From positions 310,001 to 374,000 of the forward strand of contig NOWV01000023.1 of assembly GCA_003344405.1 (NCBI GenBank): DNA of 64,000 bases, written 5' to 3'. Both the position numbers and the translations under genes were made by a program. Below the pieces are notes generated by a model that was given only the letters and a program-made list of their open reading frames with translations, was not told the origin of the DNA and ran no database searches. Below, piece after piece: positions 24,801 to 35,658 of this stretch (the first letter of the stretch is position 1; each line of letters begins with the position of its first letter). The stretch comes from Trichoplax sp. H2 (Eukaryota).

Positions 24801-27800
24801 TCCATCCTATCGTTGAGGTAGCCATGTTTTTTTCCTACAAGATTTACCTTGGTATCGATGTAGTAATGCTTTGAGCAGCTTTTACTACGCTTATTGATGG
24901 GTTACATCCTATTGGTAAGGTAGCCATGTTTTTTTTTTATATACGGTATAACATCTACCTTGATATCGATGTGGCAATGGTCTGAGTAGCTTTTATCATG
25001 CTTACTGATGGGTTACATCGTATGCATGAGGTAGTTCTGTTTCTGGACAAGTTCTACCTAGACGCCATTGAGTTTTTTAAAAGCAGTTTTTGCCGACGAT
25101 GACGGATGAGTTCGATCTTCGATACGAGTAGAGTAGGTTATGGAAAACTCTTTTGCGACCTTACTCCATTACTATGTTGATTGAACGAGAGATTACTCGC
25201 GTTCCTATTTTCTTCTTCTTCTTCCTGTTATAAGAGAAGAATTGAGTTGATTTCTACCCTGGGATAACTGAATGGCCAATGCTTTTTCTCTCATTTCCTT
25301 GCGATCAACAAGAGTTAGGTTACGGAAAACTCTTTGCGACTTTACTCCATTACTATGTTGGTTGAACGAGAGATTACTTGCGTTTATGTTTTCTTCTTCT
25401 TCTTCCTGTTATAAGAGAAGAATTGAGTTGATTTCTACCCCGGGATAACTCAATGGCCAATGCTTTTCTCTCATTTCCTTGCGATCAACAAGAGTTCTTA
25501 CCAGTAGAGCTACAAGAGTACAAAACTTGGAGATAAAATTTAACTGAAAACACACTGTTTCGTCGACGCCGCATTACATTGGCTTTCTCAACAGACCTAT
25601 TTTCCCGGTAGTCCTTCCTAAACGTGTATTGCCCGGCGCTTCCAGTCTTGAGAATTGGGCACTCTCGATCTTGATGATACCCTGTTTAGTATCGATGGAT
25701 AGCATGGAAAAGGGCGAATATTTGTAATTTCAAGTTTGGAATGGTGTGCTGTACTGTATGTAGGCAAAAATTGGACGGCTAAGCATCTACGAACAGTCCG
25801 TAGTGTACAGTAGTTTTTGGTGATGTATCCATTTCTTCATAGCGATCTAATCGAGTACAATTTCGCAAATGCTAATCCATTTTGTTTGGTCCTTTTTATG
25901 CTAGTCCCTGTTGTCCGCAAATGCTAATCCACTTTGTTTGGTCCCTGTTGTTCCCAAATGCTAATCCATTCCACAGTTATGCTGTGACTGGCACAAAATG
26001 CCATTTTGAGCGGTCCTTGTTATAACTAGTCCCTGTTGTTCCCAAATGCTAATCCATTTTGTTTGGTCCTTGTTGTGCTAGTCCCTGTTGTTCCCAAATA
26101 CTAATCCATTCCACAGTTATGCTGTGACTGGCACAAAATGGCATTTTGTGCCGTCCTTGTTCTACTAGTCCCTGTTGTCAACAAATGCTAAGCCATTCTT
26201 TAGTTACGTTGTGACTGGCACAAAATGCCAATTTGTTTTCGTCCCTGTTGTAAAATGATGATATTTGCATTCTACGTTAAGCTCAATGTAGTAGGTTTCA
26301 GTAATCACGCTTTGAGTGGCACAACATGCCAATTTATTTTTGTCCCCATTGAAGGAGAATCGAGCAGGCTTCCGTAGATCTGCTTTGACTGGTAGAAAAT
26401 GCCTCTTTCTCAATATCCTTTGACTAGTCGCTATTTGTGCAATGATGGAGGATACCTTGCTAGCTTTGACTGGCATAAAATGCCTTTTTGTCTTGACGAA
26501 AGGGCGCTAGCGACAAGACCGTTGCTAATTGCATTCTATCCTTTGACTGGCACAAAATAGCTTTTTTTAACCTTGACGAAACAACACTAGCGACAAAACC
26601 ATCGCTACCTGATTTTACACGAAAGAACGCAGCCTAGAGTTGCTTTACCGATTTTAAATGGAGTCCATTGCCCATTCATTGAAATGGAGGACAAAATGAT
26701 TAACCAAACATCCCGCTTAATCAATGGGTTAATATCCCCCCGCCATGATCCGTTTCTTGACCGAGCAAAAATGGATACATAAAAAGGAATTATAAATACA
26801 GTACAATCAATAAAATGAAATAAGATTGCGGTTTAAGTTAGGGATTAGTAAAAGGAAGGGAAAGCCTCTTTATAGTCCCTGTTGGACCCATGGGATAGCC
26901 ATCGAGGGGCATTAGTTGAGAAAACTGCAGAGTAGAGTTGATGCTAGACATGGACAAGGTAGGGGGGGAAAAAAAGATAATAATTTCAAGCAACGACAGC
27001 AGTTTTGATCTAGAACTCCACCTAGTCCATTGGTAAAGTGAGGGTAAACCTATTGCATGGCTAAGTGATTGGCGACTTGTATTCTACTTGATTTGGTGGT
27101 TCATTTTGTTGCTAGAGATGCCTTTCCTTCATCCCTCTCCAACGCTATTCTATGATGGCGTTGGGGAAATAGTTAACGCTAAAGCTAACAAGACTAGAAG
27201 AAAAAACGAGCGGCGATTTTCTTCTGGTAATCCTTGGTTCAAAAATTCACATTGATGGAATTCATCTAAGCTTGTTTTACCCCCGGGGCTCTTGCTCCAT
27301 CCAACGTTAACCATGAGTGAATAAAAATGTCTTTTCAATCACTTTCAAATGATTGAAGAGAAATGGCCTTTTAGAACAGAATCAACGACTACTTGATAGG
27401 TTATTCGTTCGTCCTTGACTAAAAAATGTACATTGGTGGATTTGAGCTAGGCTTGTTTTATCCCCTCTTACCCCAACGTTAACCATGAGTGAATAAAAGA
27501 AATGGTAGTTTATTACCACAATCAATTACTACTTGATAGGTTATTCATTCATCCTTGACTACAACATGCACATTGGTGGATTTCAATTAGGCTTATTTTA
27601 CCTCCTCTTACTCCGTCAACGTGAACCAATCACTTTCAAATGATTGAAAAGAAATGGTCTTTTATTACAAGAATCAATGGCTACTCATAGGTTATTCGTT
27701 CATCCTTGACTAAAAAATGTACATTGGTGGATTTGAGCTAGGCCTGTTTTATCCCCTCTTACCCCAACGTTAACCGTGAGTGAATAAAAGAAATGGTAGT

Positions 27801-30800
27801 TTATTACAAGAATCAATTGCTACTTGATAGGTTATTTTTGTACCCTATAAGCACTTCTTGAACATGTTGAGCTCGTCGTAACCCTTAACTAAAAAATCCA
27901 CCACATTGGTGGCATTTCAACTAGGCTTATTTTACCCCCTCTTACTGCATCAAGGTGAACCACCAGTGAATAAAATGATTGAAAAGACATTTTATGACAA
28001 GAATCAATGACTACTCATAGGTTATTCGTTCAACCTGGACTAAAAAAATCCACATTTGAACTAGGCTTATTTTACCCCCTCTTACTGCATCAAGGTGAAC
28101 CATGAGTGAATAAAATGATTGAAAAGAAATGGTAGGACAAGAATCAATGACTACTCATAGGTTATTCGTTCAACCTGGACTAAAAAAAATCCACATTTGA
28201 ACTAGGCTTATTTTACCCCCTCTTACTGCATCAAGGTGAACCACCAGTGAATAAAATGATTGAAAAGAAATGGTAGGACAAGAATCAATGACTACTCATA
28301 GGTTATTCGTTCAACCTGGACTAAAAAAAATCCACATTTGAACTAGGCTTATTTTACCCCCTCTTACTGCATCAAGGTGAACCACCAATGAATAAAATGA
28401 AAAGAAATGACATTTTATTGGTGGCATTTCAACTAGGCTTATTTAACCCCCTCTTACTGCATCAAGGTGAACCATGAGTGAATTAAATGATTGAAAAGAA
28501 AGGCATTTTATTGGTGGCATTTCAACTAGGCTTATTTTACCCCCTCTTACTGCATCAAGGTGAACCACCAGTGAATAAAATGATTGAAAAGAAATGGTAG
28601 GACAAGAATCAATGACTACTCATAGGTTATTCGTTCAACCTGGACTCAAAAATCCATCACATTGGTGGCATTTCAACTAGGCTTATTTTACCCCTCTTAC
28701 TGCATCAAGGTGAACCATGAGTGAATTAAATGATTGAAAAGAAAGGCATTTTATTGGTGGCATTTCAACTAGGCTTATTTAACCCCCTCTTACTGCATCA
28801 AGGTGAACCATGAGTGAATTAAATGATTGAAAAGAAAGGCATTTTATTGGTGGCATTTCAACTAGGCTTATTTTACCCCCACTTACTGCATCAAGGTGAA
28901 CCACCAGTGAATAAAATGATTGAAAAGAAATGGTAGGACAAGAATCAATGACTACTCATAGGTGGCATTTCAACTAGGCTTATTTTACCCCCTCTTACTG
29001 CATCAAGGTGAACCACCAATGAATAAAATGAAAAGAAATGACATTTTATTAACAAGAATCAATGACTACTTAATAGGTTATTTTCTTATCCTATTAGCAC
29101 TTCTTTAACATGTTGAGCTCCTTTCTCTTTGAAGTGTGAACTNNNNNNNNNNNNNNNNNNNNATGGTAGGACAAGAATCAATGACTACTCATAGGTTATT
29201 CGTTCAACCTGGACTAAAAAAAATCCACATTTGAACTAGGCTTATTTTACCCCCTCTTACTGCATCAAGGTGAACCACCAGTGAATAAAATGATTGAAAA
29301 GAAATGGTAGGACAAGAATCAATGACTACTCATAGGTTATTCGTTCAACCTGGACTAAAAAAAATCCACATTTGAACTAGGCTTATTTTACCCCCTCTTA
29401 CTGCATCAAGGTGAACCACCAATGAATAAAATGAAAAGAAATGACATTTTATGACAAGAATCAATGACTACTTAATAGGTTATTTTCTTATCCTATTAGC
29501 ACTTCTTTAACATGTTGAGCTCCTTTCTCTTTGAAGTGTGAACTAGATGAGTTTTGAATGATTGTCATCAGTCAATCAATCCATCCATGACGCTAGCATA
29601 CAAAAGTCTTCTTGTTCAAGAAATTAAAATGGCCAAGTGTACAACAAAGAGGACAAAAAAGATTCAACAATGAAAAGCCAATGCTAAATTTCATCTTGAC
29701 AATGTAGTCAATCATCTCGCCTAAAAGGCAAAATACTCTTGCAATTTCCCTACCAATGTGGTGGCAGTCCATTGGAGTACAAAGTTTGTCGCGATATCCT
29801 TGATTCATTGCCCGTACAACAAACTCCTTTCCCTAGCACGTCGCTTAGGACGGCATTTCTTCTCCTTCTTCGGTTCGAGTAGAAAGTTATCCTTGATTGA
29901 ATCAAGGATATTCAGGGGGCCATTGCCCATACAACAAGCTCCTTTCCCTAGCATGTCGCTTAGGACGGCATTTCTTCTCCTTCTTCGGTTCGAGTAGAAA
30001 GTTTGCCTTGATTGAATCAAGGATATTCAGGGGGCCATTGCCCATACAACAAGCTCCTTTCCTTAGGACGTCGCTTAGGACGGCATTTCTTCTCCTTCTT
30101 CGGTTCGAGTAGAAAGTTTGCCTTGATTGAATCAAGGATATCCAGGGGGCCATTGCCCATACAACAAGCTCCTTTCCTTAGCACGTCGCTTAGGACGGCA
30201 TTTCTTCTCCTTCTTCGGAGAAAGTTTGCCTCGATATCCTTAATTCAATCATGGCGATAACGGGGCCATTGCCCATACAACAAGCTCATTTTCCCTAGCA
30301 TGTCTCTTAGGACGGCATTTCTTCTTTCCTCGTTCTTGTCAACAAGAGGGTCCCCCCAGAAAAAAAGAGATAGACAGTACGCGTACTTGATCCTATTGCA
30401 TGGAATCAAGGAAAAAAAAAAAAAAGTTGCCAGTCGCTTATAAACGCGTTCTCTTCCTTTTTCCCCCCCCCCCCCATATGAAAAAAATGGCGGAGAAAAA
30501 AAATCAAAAAGAACGACCAACGTATCGATGTTATCCATCGCCACTCTTGGTCATCCAATGAAGGAAAGAAAGCAATCCATCATCTGCTTAGCCAACTGCC
30601 GAGTCAGTAATAATCTTTTCATCATGCTAGAAAAGAGTGTTCTTAAAATACAGAGGGCAACTCGTCTTGGATCATTGGTTGCAGGCGCAAAAAGAAAAGG
30701 CTAGTCTACGCTTTTGCCACAAAAAGATGATATGCAGTACTGTATACCTTGCAAAGTATTTTCACCGACAGCAGCATATAGGGCCCTCGATGAAACTCTT

Positions 30801-33800
30801 GTCGTGATGGAAACAACACCAATTGAAATTGAAATAGTTGACCACTAACTGAACCTATTGGCGTAATGGAGTCGCAATGCTAGCACAGTCAAGACCGTAG
30901 TCATTTTGCTGGGGTTAAAGTCTACAAGATAAATCTCCTTGCTTGCAGAGTACCGTCATGGATGGATCGCATCATTGATGATTGCTGTATCTTACTGATT
31001 CAAGACAACAATTTCAATTTCTTGTCTTTCCAAAGTGAAAACCCAGTGTAGTACAATCGCCATTTCCCCCCTGCATTGCAAATGCTGTCCATGATGGAAC
31101 AGCAAGCAATAAAAGATGAAAGTGCTTACGAAATTAAGCCAATAAAGCATTTGAATGAAGTAGTGTTGACTAAAGTAATTTACTTTGTGTTCTCCAATTG
31201 GATAAGTACTACAGAATGGTAGAGTAGTCATCCATGAAGAGATCATTTTGTTCTTCCTACAAGGTAAACCGCTAATGAATTGATCTCCTTTCTGATATCG
31301 ATTGATGAATGGAGAATACCCGACAGCATCTCTCTCCCGTATTTCCAACAAGTACGTCAAGAAGAACATTTAAAGAAGTAGCGAAAATGAGAGCCAAGTT
31401 TGAATGATTGCGTTATACAAGTAGAAATGCAAAGGTTGTCATACAACTTGTACAATAAAAAGAGTTGTTGTTGAAAGAATTGAAAATCTTTTTCAGCATA
31501 CTGTAGTGGAGTGATTCAAGGCGCAATGGACGATTTATTTTACCTCCTCCATTCCATTGCTATGTTCAAAAGTGTTGTCCATTGATTCATCAGTTAACAA
31601 TCTAGCAAACATTGCCTTTTACCAAGAGAAAACTATCATTTCTCGCCCTATTTCCATGCTGTTATTGCAGCCTAGGGTATCTAGTTTAGCGTTTCCCTCA
31701 TGGAAAAAAGGTCGACAAACTACGTATCAACGTTGTGCTTTCATCAACAACGACTACAACAAGATTGAAGGTTTCGTCCAGTGGAGAAGATTGCTAAAAC
31801 AACGTATGTAATTTGTAGTTGATGAGTGGACAAGGTCGTCAAATCACGTATCAACGTTGTGCTTTGATGAATGGAGAATATTGTAAAACTCGCAAGTTGT
31901 GCTTGAAAGAGTAGAGAAGGTAGTCCAAGCACTTATCGAAATTGTACTTTAATTTATCAATGGAGAGAATGTGGTAAAAACAACCATTGCCATTGGTGGT
32001 TGAAGAAGAGGGAAAGAGAGTAAAACTACGTCTGTCAGTTATGCTTGAATGAATTCACAATGTTGTCAAGCAAAGAATGCAATTGATTTATCCTACAACG
32101 AGTCTCTAATAGAGCAAAAAACCCTATTGGATTTTGCTAACAGAAAATAGCAGCAGGATGGGCAAATGATGGCTTGTCTTGTTCTTCCTTGAAAAGCTAT
32201 TCTGAAGGCATACTGCAGCCATAATGTCTGGCGTATCGAGTTGATGGTAGAATGGATGTAGTTTTTAAAAAAACCACATCCATTTTACCCACAAAAAATG
32301 CCAATTACATGATCAAAGAAGCGATGGGGAATTGCATGTTAAAAGAACACATGGGAATTGCATGTTGAAAGGACAAATGGGAATTGCATGTTGAAAGGAC
32401 AAATGAGAATTGCATGTTGAAAGGACAAATGGGAATTGCATGTTGTTCTTGCTACGTCTGTGTGTATGTGATGTTAGCTTGAAGAATTTAGTGGAGAATG
32501 GAGCAAAAGCATTTTGCTTAATAGAAAATAGCCGACACGATTGGTGCTCATTTTATACAGTATACTGCTATTGCGGCACGCTATAGTCGCCATATTGGTG
32601 GAGAGGACTTGTTGTAATTCGTTTATTGTAATGATTCTTCTTTAGGGGTTAGAATCATCATTGAAGAAGCGGGTGGTCATTATGGATTAGGTTGGAAAGC
32701 GAAAGAAATGAAGGTTGTTAACTGCCTTGGTTCTGTCGTCGATCAAGGAAGGAAAATTTTGTACATTCCATGTACAAAATGTTGCAAGTGGATGATGAAT
32801 CAAAAAGGGGGGAAAAAAATAAAGGCAAGGAAAAGAAGAATAGCCTTACCTGATCCATAATTTCTTCATCTACTTCAATTTCTGGCTCTGCCCAATCGAC
32901 AGCAATTTTATGCCCCCATAATTCCACGTTGTTGTTATTCATCAATTTCCTTCTAGCCATTGCAGCCGCTCGATGATTAGTATACTCTACAAAAGCAAAG
33001 CCGCGATTTTTGGTCTTGTCACTAGCCGATGGGTAAACAATGACATCGACGACATGTTCGGTAATTTTGGCCATTTCACTGCGAATTTCTTCTCGCTTAA
33101 TCGTCTTGGGTATACCACCAATAAATAAACGACAATTATCCACCGACGAGCAGACGCCAATCATTCTACCTTGGCGTATTTCATAATTATTCAATTGCTT
33201 GATACACTGGCGAGCTGCACTTTTACTTTGGTAGACGACAAAAGCATAGCCACGATTATTGCCGGAGAAATCCATCATGAGGCGAACTTCATAGATTGGG
33301 CCGATTTTTTCAAAGACTGGCACTAATTCATCTTCGAATAAATCGCGAGGGATTTTACCAATAAATACTTCACAGCCACGAGGTGGTGGCAACTCGTTCC
33401 AATCGGGTGGTGGACCAAATCGACGTTGGCCATTGGATTGGCTGAGTGGAAAAGCAGTGCGTTGAACTAGTTCTCGTAAAGCATTTTCTTTCTTGGTGCC
33501 AACGACACTATCAGGAAGTTGAATTTGTCCATCTTGCTTGCTAGCTAACTCTTGCTTTTCCTCTCCATCGTTGTTGTCTTGCTTGTCATCATCGTCTTGA
33601 TTTACACTAGTAGCTACACTAGGGTTGTTCTCCTCCTCCTCCTCCTCCTTCTTCTTCTTGTTGGTGGTTGCATTACTTTCAACGCTTGTTGTTGTCGTTG
33701 TACTAGTAGTAGCAACAACACTCGTTGTATTTTCCACTCTTGCAGCAGCATCATCGCCATTGCTACTCCTAGGAGTGCTGGTGGTAGTAGCAGCGCTACA

Positions 33801-33833
33801 ACTTTTCTGACATGGATCGGTTACTGAAGGCAT
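18867..33833 (-). CDS. A1CF/RBM47/RBM46-family RNA-binding protein (3 RRMs, RG-rich motif, C-terminal dsRBD-like domain), 7 coding exons
   Basis: [148 protein letters not shown]. Exons 32850-33833 (ATG of MPSVTD, after an acceptor at 33868-33869), 22682-22850, 22127-22343, 21810-21984, 21315-21413, 21121-21238, 18867-19075. The start codon and last exon are less certain. Confidence 0.9.
24715..25060. repeat. Degenerate tandem repeat, ~105-110 bp x3
   Basis: ttttactacg..tgatgggtt(a/c)catcctat..ggtagccatgtttt recurs near 24793, 24896 and 25007. Confidence 0.75.
25130..25496. repeat. Tandem duplication, ~182 bp x2
   Basis: ggtta(t/c)ggaaaactc...gcgatcaacaagagtt at ~25136 and ~25318. Confidence 0.9.
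25865..26560. repeat. Mosaic repeat built from short modules
   Basis: The modules tagtccctgttgttcccaaatgctaatccatt and tgactggcacaaaatg recur repeatedly in a shuffled order. Confidence 0.8.
27300..29544. repeat. Minisatellite with long (~141 bp) and short (~92 bp) unit variants, spanning an assembly gap
   Basis: ctaggcttattttaccccctcttactgcatcaaggtgaacca at 27921, 28061, 28202, 28343, 28433, 28526, 28677, 28769, 28862, 28974, 29236 and 29377. Diverged copies at 27300-27900. Confidence 0.95.
29143..29162. other. Assembly gap (20 N)
   Basis: Run of N. Confidence 1.
29790..30330. repeat. Tandem repeat, 115 bp x ~4.5
   Basis: cattgccc(a/g)tacaacaa at 29806, 29921, 30036, 30151 and 30267. Confidence 0.95.
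32323..32445. repeat. Minisatellite, 26 bp x ~5
   Basis: aattgcatgtt at 32330, 32356, 32382, 32408 and 32434 (unit gggaattgcatgttgaaaggacaaat). Confidence 0.92.
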
Positions 33834-34770
33834 TGACGACAGTTTTGCCGAAGCTAGTCCACACACTCTATTGCTTAATAAAAACAGGATTAGCTCTCTT
33901 TCTCTCTTATTCAAGCGTAGACAACATGTCCTCATTAGGCAATCAGTTAATTATACTGCAGCATACTCATTAAAATGGATAGGAGTCAATCAATTATTAT
34001 TGCCCCCCCCCCCCAAAAAAAAGGATAAACTCAACCAATCTCTCTCTCGCTTACCTTTGCTTGTTGTACAGGAAAATTGCGATACTTGTCGATGGTAAGA
34101 TCAGCCAAAGCAATCTCTTCTCCACTAGATCACCAAGCTTGTATGCAAAAAAAGATCAAGTTAATTAATCAAGCCGAGCAATAATAAGGTTGATCAAGCG
34201 GTTAATGAAGCTTGCACAAAATGGCTACAAACAAACACGATGATCAAATCGAGCGCTTGCTTGTCTTGGATACCGCCTAGCGATAGCAAGGATAAAACTT
34301 CTTCAACACCCTATATACTCAACCAACTTGCCTATAGCAATACTAGATCGACTAGTCCTAGTCTATTACTCTTTCCAATCGTCTAAATCGCAATGGACTA
34401 AAACTTCCAACTGCTTATTTGCCTTTCTATGCTGGAGATTGGCATACTGTGGCTTTTCTTCTTGCTCACCTTGATGGCAGTTTGAATGCGATTTGCTACT
34501 AGACGTTAAAGTGGATTTTAGCTATCTTGTGTATCAAGTAGGTGTACGTGAGACTGGCTAATGTATGAAAATGGATGGAATTACCTGAATTTGGCTTGAT
34601 TGCACTCCAGTCAACAAGGGAAACATTGCCCGACTCTTAGTGTTATCCTACTATTGTACACTATTGAAAGGAACATACTACTATCCGTACGATTGCAGCA
34701 CGGTACGGTACGGTACGGTACACTCTGCAACCTCATTTGCATAAACGGACTCGAACGTCAACGCAGTGGA

Positions 34771-35056
34771 CAGACACTCCATGGTATCGTTCTCTTGCTA
34801 CTACGTCAGCGCTTCTTCAACTGACGCTTGTCAATGCCTCATACACCAGCATGTCAATCGTCTCTTTGGTCAGACACTCCATGGTATCGTTCTCTTGCTA
34901 CTACGTCAGCGCATCCACTGACGCTTGTCATGCCTCATACACAAGCGTGTCAATCGTCTCTTTGGTCAGACACTCCATGGTATTGTTCTCTTGCTACTAC
35001 GTCAGCGCATCCACTGACGCTTGTCATGCCTCATACACAAGCGTGTCAATCGTCTC
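34771..35056. repeat. Tandem repeat, ~96-100 bp x3
   Basis: cagacactccatggtat at 34771, 34871 and 34967. Confidence 0.93.
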
Positions 35057-35059
35057 CTA

Positions 35060-35658
35060 GGTCAGCGCCTCTCTCGCATGACTTTGCGATCACCGGCTGC
35101 TTGCTTTCAGCCTTTCTTCCTTTCCTCCATCATCACTGACTGTATGGCGAAGTTTATTTTCTTCTCTCATGGAGAAGGAAATAAACATCAATAGACCTAC
35201 AGTAGAAATGGCGGAGAGAGAAGAACGTTGACTCTTATCTTCTCTTGGACGCTTGGTCAGCGCCTCTCTCGCATGACTTTGCGATCAGTGACTGCTTGCT
35301 TTCAGCCTTTCTTCCTTTCCTCCATCATCACTGACTGTATGGCGAAGTTTATTTTTTTCTCTCATGGAGAAGGAAATAAACATCAATAGACCTACAGTAG
35401 AAATGGCGGAGAGAGAAGAACGTTGACTCATCTCTGCTCTATCTTCTCTTGGACGCTTGGTCAGCTCCTCTCTCGCATGACTTTGCGATCAGTGGCTGCT
35501 TGCTTTCAGCCTTTCTTCCCTTCCTCCATCACTGACTGTATGGCGAAGTTTATTTTCTTCTCTCATGGAGAAGGAAATAAACATCAATAGACCTACAGTA
35601 GAAATGGCGGAGAGAGTTGAACGTTGAGTCATCTCTGCTCTATCTTCTCTTGGACGCT
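35060..35658. repeat. Tandem repeat, ~195-204 bp x3
   Basis: ggtcagc(g/t)cctctctcgcatgactttgcgatca at 35060, 35255 and 35459. Confidence 0.94.

Noticed and set aside
29870..29885. GGTTCGA as a tRNA or SINE T-loop
   Set aside because: No cloverleaf, A-box or complete B-box around it.
29758..30260. Overlapping Arg/Lys-rich ORFs on both strands
   Set aside because: The 115-bp unit is not a multiple of 3, so the ORFs simply rotate through frames; the region is intronic.
32323..32445. 26-bp array as CRISPR
   Set aside because: No spacers; it is a simple minisatellite.
33552..33827. Hydrophobic plus-strand ORFs resembling membrane proteins
   Set aside because: Antisense shadow of the low-complexity K/E/T/N codons of the RRM gene.
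33834..33935. ORF-track N-terminus MRTCCLRL... of the 405-aa ORF
   Set aside because: It mostly lies upstream of a clear acceptor (pyrimidine tract and caatag at 33868-33869) that pairs with a donor at 34054, so it is likely intron/UTR.
34737..35139. Two ~105 aa repetitive ORFs
   Set aside because: Explained by the 96-bp (multiple of 3) repeat; no splice context or homology.
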